From Prevotella sp. (GTDB taxonomy: Bacteria; Bacteroidota; Bacteroidia; Bacteroidales; Bacteroidaceae), in the NCBI GenBank assembly GCA_017941345.1, contig JAGAWQ010000007.1, positions 39,108 to 103,107 on the forward strand: a stretch of 64,000 nucleotides of DNA, read 5' to 3'. The position numbers and the translations under genes are program-made. This document shows, piece by piece, positions 27,955-36,060 of this stretch (position 1 is the stretch's first letter; each line of letters starts with the position of its first letter). The notes below the pieces were generated by a model. It was not told the origin of the DNA, made no database searches, and was given only the letters and a program-made list of their open reading frames with translations.

Positions 27955-29412
27955 ATGAAGAAAATCTTGATGATATTGAGCCTTGTGTTGCTGACAGTTT
28001 CAGCACAGGCCGGTAAGCCGTGGGATAACGGCAAGTTACGTGTGTCGGATAACCAGCGTTATCTGCAGTTTGAGAACGGACAGCCCTTCTTCTGGTTGGG
28101 TGAGACAGGGTGGCTGTTGCCTGAACGCTTAGACAGGGCTGAGGCGGAATGGTATCTGCAAAGCTGTGCGAAGGCCGGATATAACGTGGTACAGGTACAG
28201 ACCATCGATGGTGTGCCTGCGGTTAATATCTATGGACAATTGTCGAATATCGACGGTTGGAATTTCAAGGATATCAATCGCAAGGGTGTCTACGGCTATT
28301 GGGACCACATGGACTATATCGTCGATATGGCAGCTCAGCATGGTATCTACATCGGTATGGTGTGCATCTGGGGAGGACTCGTTAAGGATGGAAAACTGAG
28401 CGTAGAGGAAGCCAAGAAATATGGCACCTTCCTGGCCAACCGTTATAAGAACAAGCCCAACATCATCTGGTTTATGGGTGGTGATATTCAGGGCGACATC
28501 AAGCCAGAAGTATGGGAGGCATTGGCAACCAGTATCAAAGCCATTGACAAGAATCACCTGATGACCTATCATCCGCGTGGGCGCTACACCTCAGCAAAGT
28601 GGTGGAGCAAGGCAGCGTGGATGGATTTCCACACCTTCCAGAGCGGACACCGCCGCTACGGACAGCGTATGGGCAATGCTGACTACCCCATCCCCGACAA
28701 TACTGAGGAGGACAACTGGATGTACGTTGACTCCACGTGGAAGTTCAATCCCATCAAGCCTGTGCTCGATGCAGAACCCTCGTATGAAGACATTCCTATG
28801 GGTCTGCACGATACCAACGAGCCTCGCTGGAAGGACTACGACGTGCGCCGCTATGCCTATTGGAGTGTCTTTGCCGGAAGCTGCGGACACACCTATGGTC
28901 ATAACGCCATTATGCAGATGTTGAAGCCGGGCTATCCCACAAGCTATGGTGATGCCGGCGATGTGAAGACATGGTATCAGGCATTGAAAGACCCAGGCTT
29001 CTCGCAGATGCAGTATCTGAAGCGCCTCATCCTCTCGTTCCCCTACTTCGAGCGTGTAGCAGACCAGAGCATCATTCAGGAGAACGGAGAGAAGTACAAC
29101 CGTCTGATTGCGACCCGCGGTAACGACTACCTGTTGGTTTACAACTACAACAATAATAACATGAAGCTCGACCTGACGAAGATTTCAGGCGAGAAGAAGA
29201 ACGTGTGGTGGATGACTGCCGCTACGGGTCAGCTGAAATATTTAGGCGAGTTTGACTCGAAGGTGCTCACCTTCCGCTATCATCCGCAGTCAGCACGTGT
29301 AGAGGACGGTGTGCTCATCGCCATAGACAGCAACAAGGATTATCTGAAGAAAGACCAGACGGCACTGTCGCCCGATGGATACAAAGCTAAGGAAAGGGAC
29401 CTCAATGAATAG
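27955..29412 (+). CDS. GH140 (DUF4038) apiosidase-like glycoside hydrolase
   Basis: Signal peptide; PFFWLGETGW, NIIW.MGGD, QSGH, KPVLDAEPSYE, GHTYGH. Confidence 0.85.
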   Translation: MKKILMILSLVLLTVSAQAGKPWDNGKLRVSDNQRYLQFENGQPFFWLGETGWLLPERLDRAEAEWYLQSCAKAGYNVVQVQTIDGVPAVNIYGQLSNIDGWNFKDINRKGVYGYWDHMDYIVDMAAQHGIYIGMVCIWGGLVKDGKLSVEEAKKYGTFLANRYKNKPNIIWFMGGDIQGDIKPEVWEALATSIKAIDKNHLMTYHPRGRYTSAKWWSKAAWMDFHTFQSGHRRYGQRMGNADYPIPDNTEEDNWMYVDSTWKFNPIKPVLDAEPSYEDIPMGLHDTNEPRWKDYDVRRYAYWSVFAGSCGHTYGHNAIMQMLKPGYPTSYGDAGDVKTWYQALKDPGFSQMQYLKRLILSFPYFERVADQSIIQENGEKYNRLIATRGNDYLLVYNYNNNNMKLDLTKISGEKKNVWWMTAATGQLKYLGEFDSKVLTFRYHPQSARVEDGVLIAIDSNKDYLKKDQTALSPDGYKAKERDLNE

Positions 29413-32400
29413 ACTGCTCATCATCCTATTGGCCATGCTGCCGATGGTGGGTGTGGCCAAGAAAAAGAAAGAGGTAAAGCCCGCTGCCAGCATCTCGTGG
29501 CTGCGTGTTGAGAATCTGGAGAACCCCATGGGCATCGATACTGCTGAGCCGCGTTTCTCATGGATCATCCTTTCCGACAAGCAGGATGTACGCCAGACGG
29601 CCTACCAGATTGTTGTATCGACAGACAAGGGCGAGGTATGGAACACAGGACGCGTCGAGAGCGACCAACAGCTGTGGGTACGCTATCAGGGACAACCACT
29701 GAAAAGCGCGACGTCTTGCACGTGGAAAGTAAAAGTGTGGACCAACGTCGGTGAGACAGCATGGAGCGACGAAGCCAGTTTTGGCATCGGACTGCTGAAG
29801 GAGAGCCATTGGACTGGTCGCTGGATAGGCCTGGAGCGTCTGTTGCCTGGCGAGGAGCGTGGACTGCATACCCGCTTAGCTGCCCGTTATGTGCGTAAGG
29901 AGTTCCAGCTGGACAAGCCCGTCAAACGAGCCATTGCCTATGTGGCAGGCATCGGTCTCCATGAGCTGCATGTCAATGGTGTAGCCTACAATCGCGAGGT
30001 GCTTCTGCCCTTGCCTACCGACTATCGCAAAACGGTGCTCTACAACACTTACGACATCACCAGCGGACTGAAGGAGAAGAATGCCATAGGGCTCATCTTA
30101 GGCAATGGTCGCGTGTTCCCCATGCGTCAGAACAAGCACTACAAAGCCCCTGTCTTCGGACTGCCCAAATGTCGCATCAATATCCTCATCGAGTTTACCG
30201 ACGGTACCACCAAGCGTATCTCTACTGACGAGAAATGGAAGATAACGGCTGACGGTCCTATCCGAGCCAACAACGAGTACGACGGTGAGGAGTATGATGC
30301 CCGTAAGGACCTGTCGGGATGGGACGAGGTGGGTTATGACGATAAGGCCTGGCAGCCTGCTGAGCGCACGGAGATTCCCCTTGGCACCCTGCGTGCACAG
30401 ATGGCACCAGGCATGGAGATGGCACCGCTGACTCCAGAGCCAACCGTTCTCACCTCTAACCTCTCACCTCTAACCTCTAAAATCTACGATTTCCATCAGA
30501 ACATGGCAGGCTGGATAGCCTTCGTACCTACTGGCAAAGAGGGCGATACCATCCGTGTGAAATACGCAGAGAAGCTCAATGCTGACGGCACACTCTATCT
30601 GGAGAATTTCCGCGATGCCCGTTCTGAGGACATCTACGTTTGCGGCAAGACACCACGGGAAGAAGAGTGGCATCCTATTTTCAGTTATCACGGTTTCCGC
30701 TATGCGCAGATAACAGGTCCTGTGAAGGATGTTCATGCCTATACCGTCAGCGACGACATCCAGCAGCTGGGCCACTTCGAGTGTTCTGACACCGTATTGA
30801 ACAAGGTGATGCACAATGCCTGGTGGGGCATCTACAGCAACTATAAGGGCATGCCCGTCGACTGTCCGCAACGCAATGAGCGACAGCCCTGGTTGGGCGA
30901 CCGCACCGTAGGGTCGTTGGGCGAATCGTTCCTCTTCAACAACGAACGACTCTACACCAAGTGGATGCGCGACATCTGCGAGTCACAGCGTGAGGATGGT
31001 GTCTTCAGCGATGTGGCTCCCGCCTACTGGAACTACTACAACGACGACGTCACATGGCCTGCTGCCCTACCCTTCAGCTGCGACATGCTCTACCGTCAGT
31101 TTGGCAATCGTGAGGCCATCGACAAGTCATATTCTTATATCAAACGCTGGTTGCAGCATCTGCTGGACGAATACCAGCAGGATGGCATCATCACCAAAGA
31201 CCAGTATGGCGACTGGTGTGTACCCCCTGAGAAGCTGGAACTCATCCATTCGCAAGACCCAGCCCGCAAGACCGATGGCGCACTCATCTCGACGGCCTAC
31301 GTCATCCGCGTGATGCAGCTGTTGGAGCAATGGGGTTGCGAGGCAGCCCATTGGAAACCCATCCGCGAGCAGATGATGAAGGCTTTCAACAAGAAGTTCC
31401 TAACCATCAAGCGAGGCACATCGCCACGTCCTGGCCATGTGCTCTATCCCGACTCCGTCTATTACGGCAATAATACCGCAACGGCCAATCTGCTACCGCT
31501 GGCCTTTGGCATTGTTCCTGACGACTGCAAAGACGATGTGGTGAAGCAGGTGGTGCAGAATATCTGCATCAAGAACAAGCACCACGTATCGTGTGGCGTC
31601 ATTGGCATCTCGTGGCTCATGCGAGGCCTCTCGGACAATGGTTTTGCTGATGTAGCCTATCGTTTGGCAACCACCAAGACCTACCCCTCATGGGGCTATA
31701 TGACGGAGAACGGTGCAACGACCATTTGGGAACTGTGGAACGGTGACAAAGCCTCGCCTAAGATGAACAGCGGCAACCACGTGATGCTCTTAGGCGACCT
31801 GATGACCTGGTGCTACCAGTACTTAGGCGGCATCCGCAGCACGGATGCTTACAAACACATCGTGCTGAAGCCCGCCTTCGACATTCAGGACTGCGAATGG
31901 GCCAACGTCAGCTACGACTCGCCCTACGGTACCATCAAGAGCCACTGGCGGAAGACGTTGCAACACCTGGAGTGGGATGTGACGATTCCTTGCAACACAA
32001 CAGCAGAGGTCTGCCTGCCCAATGGTGAGACGAAGACCGTTGGTTCTGGCTCGCATCATTTCAGCGTCGACATCCCCACTTCGCATCCTGCCATCGTGAA
32101 GGATGAGTTCCTCTACGACCACACCTACTTCCCTGAGGCTCACGCCTCCACCATTGTCGAACGGAAGAACGGTGACCTCGTGGCAGGCTACTTTGGAGGT
32201 ACCCATGAGAAAGACCCCGATGTCTGCATCTGGGTGAATATCAAGAAGAAAGGTAGCAACGAATGGAGCAAACCCATACTCGCTGCTGATGGAGTACTGA
32301 GTCTCGATGACCCCAACGCCAAATATATGGGACTCTCTGGCCTGAAGGACGATACGACTCCAGCTACTGCCGGTCCTATCCGTACTGTGTTTGGCGGTTT

Positions 32401-33289
32401 TGCCGCCAAATCTACCCTCCCTGATGAGCAGAACTACGACTACATCACAAAGACGACGCGTCTTGTGCTTGGCAGTTCTGCCGCCAAGTTGAAACGCAAA
32501 TCGTGCTGGAATCCCGTCCTCTTCGAGATGCCTGACGGCGAGCTATGGCTCTTCTTCAAGATAGGCTCCAGCGTAGGTGACTGGACGGGTTGGCTCACGA
32601 AGTCGAAAGACGGAGGCCGCACGTGGAGCAAGAAGGAGCCCCTGCCCTACGACGCTGAGGGACGTGCTTTCCTCGGTCCCATCAAGAACAAGCCCGAGTT
32701 GATTAATGGTCGTCTGCTGTGTCCCTCGTCTACGGAGAATAACGGCTGGCGCTTCCACATGGAGATTTACGACCTGAAGACCAAGCAATGGAAGTATGTG
32801 CCTGTAGAGAGCACAGAGGCCATCAAGACCGACGACAACAAGATGCACCCCATCGACTGCATCCAACCCTCTATCCTCAAACTGAAGGACGGTCGTCTGC
32901 AAGTGCTGATGCGTACGCACAATGCCCATATCGCCACCTCGTTCAGCAGCGACAACGGCGACTCGTGGACACCCGTCACCCTGCTCGACATCGAAAACAA
33001 CCAAAGCGGCACCGATGCTGTTTCCCTACAGGACGGACGCCATGCCCTCATCTACAATAACTTCGAGACGCTGCCATTGACACCCAAGGGTGTGCGCACT
33101 CCTTGTTCCATTGCCCTCAGCCCCGACGGCACCAAATGGCAGCATGCCCTCACCCTTGAGGACTCGCCCATCGACCAGTACTCCTACCCTGCCATCATTC
33201 AGGGCCGCGACGGAACTTTGCATTGCGTCTATACCTGGCGTCGCCAGCGTGTCAGCTACAAGCAGATAGACTTGAACCAATTGAAATAA
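29405..33289 (+). CDS. GH78 alpha-L-rhamnosidase fused to GH33 sialidase-like (BNR) domain
   Basis: DCPQRNER.PWLGD, ATTIWELW, SGNHVMLLG; C-terminal Asp boxes SKDGGRTW, SSDNGDSW, SPDGTKW and YSYP. Confidence 0.88.
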   Translation: MNRLLIILLAMLPMVGVAKKKKEVKPAASISWLRVENLENPMGIDTAEPRFSWIILSDKQDVRQTAYQIVVSTDKGEVWNTGRVESDQQLWVRYQGQPLKSATSCTWKVKVWTNVGETAWSDEASFGIGLLKESHWTGRWIGLERLLPGEERGLHTRLAARYVRKEFQLDKPVKRAIAYVAGIGLHELHVNGVAYNREVLLPLPTDYRKTVLYNTYDITSGLKEKNAIGLILGNGRVFPMRQNKHYKAPVFGLPKCRINILIEFTDGTTKRISTDEKWKITADGPIRANNEYDGEEYDARKDLSGWDEVGYDDKAWQPAERTEIPLGTLRAQMAPGMEMAPLTPEPTVLTSNLSPLTSKIYDFHQNMAGWIAFVPTGKEGDTIRVKYAEKLNADGTLYLENFRDARSEDIYVCGKTPREEEWHPIFSYHGFRYAQITGPVKDVHAYTVSDDIQQLGHFECSDTVLNKVMHNAWWGIYSNYKGMPVDCPQRNERQPWLGDRTVGSLGESFLFNNERLYTKWMRDICESQREDGVFSDVAPAYWNYYNDDVTWPAALPFSCDMLYRQFGNREAIDKSYSYIKRWLQHLLDEYQQDGIITKDQYGDWCVPPEKLELIHSQDPARKTDGALISTAYVIRVMQLLEQWGCEAAHWKPIREQMMKAFNKKFLTIKRGTSPRPGHVLYPDSVYYGNNTATANLLPLAFGIVPDDCKDDVVKQVVQNICIKNKHHVSCGVIGISWLMRGLSDNGFADVAYRLATTKTYPSWGYMTENGATTIWELWNGDKASPKMNSGNHVMLLGDLMTWCYQYLGGIRSTDAYKHIVLKPAFDIQDCEWANVSYDSPYGTIKSHWRKTLQHLEWDVTIPCNTTAEVCLPNGETKTVGSGSHHFSVDIPTSHPAIVKDEFLYDHTYFPEAHASTIVERKNGDLVAGYFGGTHEKDPDVCIWVNIKKKGSNEWSKPILAADGVLSLDDPNAKYMGLSGLKDDTTPATAGPIRTVFGGFAAKSTLPDEQNYDYITKTTRLVLGSSAAKLKRKSCWNPVLFEMPDGELWLFFKIGSSVGDWTGWLTKSKDGGRTWSKKEPLPYDAEGRAFLGPIKNKPELINGRLLCPSSTENNGWRFHMEIYDLKTKQWKYVPVESTEAIKTDDNKMHPIDCIQPSILKLKDGRLQVLMRTHNAHIATSFSSDNGDSWTPVTLLDIENNQSGTDAVSLQDGRHALIYNNFETLPLTPKGVRTPCSIALSPDGTKWQHALTLEDSPIDQYSYPAIIQGRDGTLHCVYTWRRQRVSYKQIDLNQLK

Positions 33290-33323
33290 GCAGACATAGC
33301 GGAAGATACCTAACAGTTCTGAT

Positions 33324-33394
33324 TAGTCCGTCCCTACGGACTATGAGTCCGAAGCCTTCGGACTGCCAGTACGTACCCGACGTACTGGCAGTCC
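33324..33394. repeat. Cluster of three GC-rich hairpins sharing AGTCCG/CGGACT arms
   Basis: tagtccgt/acggacta; agtccgaag/cttcggact; 15-bp perfect ggactgccagtacgt/acgtactggcagtcc. Confidence 0.75.
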
Positions 33395-33504
33395 GCATTA
33401 GTCATACTGACGGCTGGTAAGAAGACTGCTCCGAGCGCTTCCGTTTCTAAAAAACAGAGACATTTTGAAATTCATTAAAAAAAAGAACTAAAACAATTAA
33501 GATT

Positions 33505-33745
33505 ATGAATATGGAGAAAGAACTTATAATTCGTAAAGCCCAAGAGGGCTACACGGTATGTTACGTTGAAAGCTGCCCGCTACGGCATCATCAGTCTGAC
33601 CAACCGCACCTACTACTTCGAGTATCGCAACGGATCGCGTCTCATTCCGCCAGCGTTACAGGAAAACATCCGCAACCTGTTCCGCGAAAACGGATGGACC
33701 ACCGCCGTGCAGTTCGACGGTTATGTAGAGGACTACGATTGGTAG
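33505..33745 (+). pseudogene. Internally deleted, frameshifted DUF6078-like gene
   Basis: N-terminus YTVC..ESCPLR.. in one frame; C-terminus YYFEYRNGSRLIPPALQ...FDGYVEDYDW* in another frame. Confidence 0.6.
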
Positions 33746-33758
33746 CACGCTCTTTCAG

Positions 33759-33796
33759 TTTAACCCAAATCGGTCATTAGACTGATTTGGGTTAAA
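33759..33796. terminator. Bidirectional terminator-like inverted repeat
   Basis: tttaacccaaatcggtc pairs with gactgatttgggttaaa between convergent genes. Confidence 0.7.
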
Positions 33797-33846
33797 GGAG
33801 CAGCGCCGTCTGGCAGACAACTAATTAGCCTCTTATCAAGCTCTTG

Positions 33847-34485
33847 CTATTTAAACATCTTCAGCCATGTAGTGATGACTTCAAGGGCTTCTGGCGCAAA
33901 AGTTTCTTCGATATCCTTATATTCGCTCGGATCGCCTGTGTTGCAGTGCTGGAACATGTGATTGAGTCCTTCTATGGCTTTGATTTCTTTCTGACCAGCC
34001 AACCTGTCCATAAGAGCATTCAAGTTTTCTTCGCTGTTCACTTGACGGTCTTTTGTTCCGTTCAGCGCCAGCACAGGACAGGTTATTTTTCCCAGACGGT
34101 CGGTCAAGTCCAGTGCAAGGAAATAGCGCATATAGGGTGTACTGCTCTGTACTTTTGCTATTTGTAGGTTTTTCTCCAGTTCTGTAGGTAGGCCGTGGTT
34201 GGTCGTTTCAGGATTCCTGCCAGCTTTCAGATCGTCGAACAGGCTTTCAACGGCGACTTTGATGCCCATTGCCGTGCGTTCCAACTGGGCAGGAATACCC
34301 TTTGCGCCTTGGTCAGGCGAGTCTATCGTACATTTCTCACCATCAAAATGGAACACAAGTGGAATTTCATTTCCATACACACTCAGCTTTCCCGTCCAAT
34401 CGCCTTTTATGTCACAGACTTGTGCTTTTGTTACGATAGCTATGAAGCCAATCAATAAAAATAGAATGATAAATCTTGTCTTCAT
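33847..34485 (-). pseudogene. Secreted alpha/beta hydrolase remnant with in-frame internal deletion
   Basis: Keeps signal peptide, DSPDQGAKGIP N-terminus and PVLALNG.KD.QV/GLNH.FQ C-terminus, but has no GxSxG core. Confidence 0.6.
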
Positions 34486-34775
34486 GTCTTTTTTACATTA
34501 AGATAACCTTTCAGAGCTTTAACATATTCCTCAAAAGCTTTCAGTCCTGTAGGTGTGATACGGCAGATGGTACAGGGTTTCTTGCCCTTAAAAGTCTTCT
34601 CCACCTCAATGTAGCCCGCTGCCGAGAGTTTGTCTATCTGCACACTCAGGTTGCCCGCCGTAGCTCCCGTCTGCTCCTTGATGTAGGGGAACTCGGCTTC
34701 TTCGGCACTGATAAGCAGCGACATGACAGCCAGTCGCAACTCGGAGTGAAGCAGGGGGTCTAATGGCTTGAACAT
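34482..34775 (-). CDS. Winged-helix transcriptional regulator (HTH_34/ArsR-like)
   Basis: LDPLLHSELRLAVMS...TAGNLSVQ..KL...GYIEVEK.F.GK.P.T. Confidence 0.85.
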   Translation of the reverse strand: MFKPLDPLLHSELRLAVMSLLISAEEAEFPYIKEQTGATAGNLSVQIDKLSAAGYIEVEKTFKGKKPCTICRITPTGLKAFEEYVKALKGYLNVKKT

Positions 34776-34787
34776 GTCCGTACCTCC

Positions 34788-35414
34788 TTATTTCTGGTTT
34801 TGCAAGAAAATCGTTATACCAGGCACAATCAGACCAATCAAGGCGACAATAGCCATCACATAGAGTTGTGTATGACCAGAGAAGTGCAAAGCACCGAAAA
34901 ATCCGCCGATACCCGCGATAAGACCGCATACCTGAATGATGCGGTTTCGGATGACAAGTCCCATGATGGTCGTACCCATCCCAAAACACAAGGAGATGAC
35001 GCTTGTAATGCAGCCAAATGCATACACTTTGTGCAAAATCAGTTCCATTGGTAACACACCGCAACCGATAAAACCGAATATCATGCCTATACCACAGCAG
35101 AATATGCCAAATGTTGACCACACATAACTGACGATTTTCCCCACAAAGGTTGTAGGTACGCTCTCCCTTCGCTTATCAATCATCCAATTGCCTGCATATC
35201 CTATCAACCATAATACAGCCCAAAGCATATTCCACACTGGCCCACCATGATTCTTCCACAGGTATGCGATAAAAAGCGAAAACACGACAACACAGCCTCC
35301 CCACCAGATAAGCGGCAGAGCCGAATTCTTGTTGATGGTTCGCTGACTGCGCTCTATTGATTCTCTAATTATCTCCAGACTGCGCTCAGCAGTCAGATTG
35401 TTATCTACTTCCAT
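34788..35414 (-). CDS. Multi-TM membrane protein
   Basis: SLEII..SI N-terminus and about 6 TM helices; co-oriented with the wHTH gene. Confidence 0.75.
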   Translation of the reverse strand: MEVDNNLTAERSLEIIRESIERSQRTINKNSALPLIWWGGCVVVFSLFIAYLWKNHGGPVWNMLWAVLWLIGYAGNWMIDKRRESVPTTFVGKIVSYVWSTFGIFCCGIGMIFGFIGCGVLPMELILHKVYAFGCITSVISLCFGMGTTIMGLVIRNRIIQVCGLIAGIGGFFGALHFSGHTQLYVMAIVALIGLIVPGITIFLQNQK

Positions 35415-35521
35415 TGTTGTTTCATTTTAAAAGTTGTTCTACGTTTGTTTTAATACTCTCTGGCCTCGTTCGTGCTCCTGCAGAAAGCCCGAATTTAGCC
35501 TATTGTGTCCGGTTCACGCTG

Positions 35522-35553
35522 CAAAGATAAAGAAGTTTATAATATAAACCAAA
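35522..35553 (-). promoter_or_regulatory. Bacteroidetes promoter
   Basis: Minus-strand TATCTTTG (35529-35522) with TTTG 20 bp upstream. Confidence 0.7.
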
Positions 35554-35793
35554 TTATTTCGCAAATATTTTTTCGTTAAGGCACAAATTTAACATTTCTT
35601 TAAAGATATTACCCATGTAACACTAGCTTTACAATAACGACCCCAAACAACTCCAATGGAACTCTAAGAAGGCTCATAAAGAAAGTATGTTTAGGGCATC
35701 AGTAACATTACCTCTTCCCCAATTCACCTAAGTATTAACGTCTGTCTTTGTTCGTTTAATGTACGTCTGATATCCGTTTGTTGTCCGTTAACG

Positions 35794-35861
35794 AATCGAA
35801 CAACAATCGGACAACAATCGGACAACAATCGGACAACAATCGAACAACAATCGGACAACAA
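35794..35861. repeat. Tandem repeat, 6 x AATCGRACAAC (11 bp)
   Basis: Read directly; partial inverted copy ttgttgtccg just upstream. Confidence 0.9.
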
Positions 35862-35918
35862 GTATGGATGGAGTAAGGAAAGGACTGGGATGGAGTGTAG
35901 GAGAACATGAGTTGACTA

Positions 35919-35973
35919 GGAGAGTAATTAGAGAGTTATTAGAGAGTTATTAGAGAGTTATTGGAGAGTTATT
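35919..35973. repeat. Tandem repeat, 5 x RGAGAGTWATT (11 bp)
   Basis: Read directly. Confidence 0.9.
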
Positions 35974-35976
35974 GGA

Positions 35977-36031
35977 TGATGACAATTAACCTGTTCGTCA
36001 GACTGATGACATTTTCACGTGTCGTCAGTCT
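35977..36031. repeat. Two abutting copies of the TGATGACA...TGT(T)CGTCAG palindrome
   Basis: tgatgaca-attaacc-tgttcgtcag, then agactgatgaca-ttttcacg-tgtcgtcagtct. Confidence 0.7.
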
Positions 36032-36060
36032 TTTTTATATAATAAAAAAACTACTTAAAA

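Noticed and set aside
35794-35973. CRISPR array
   Set aside because: 11-bp units without unique spacers; no cas genes
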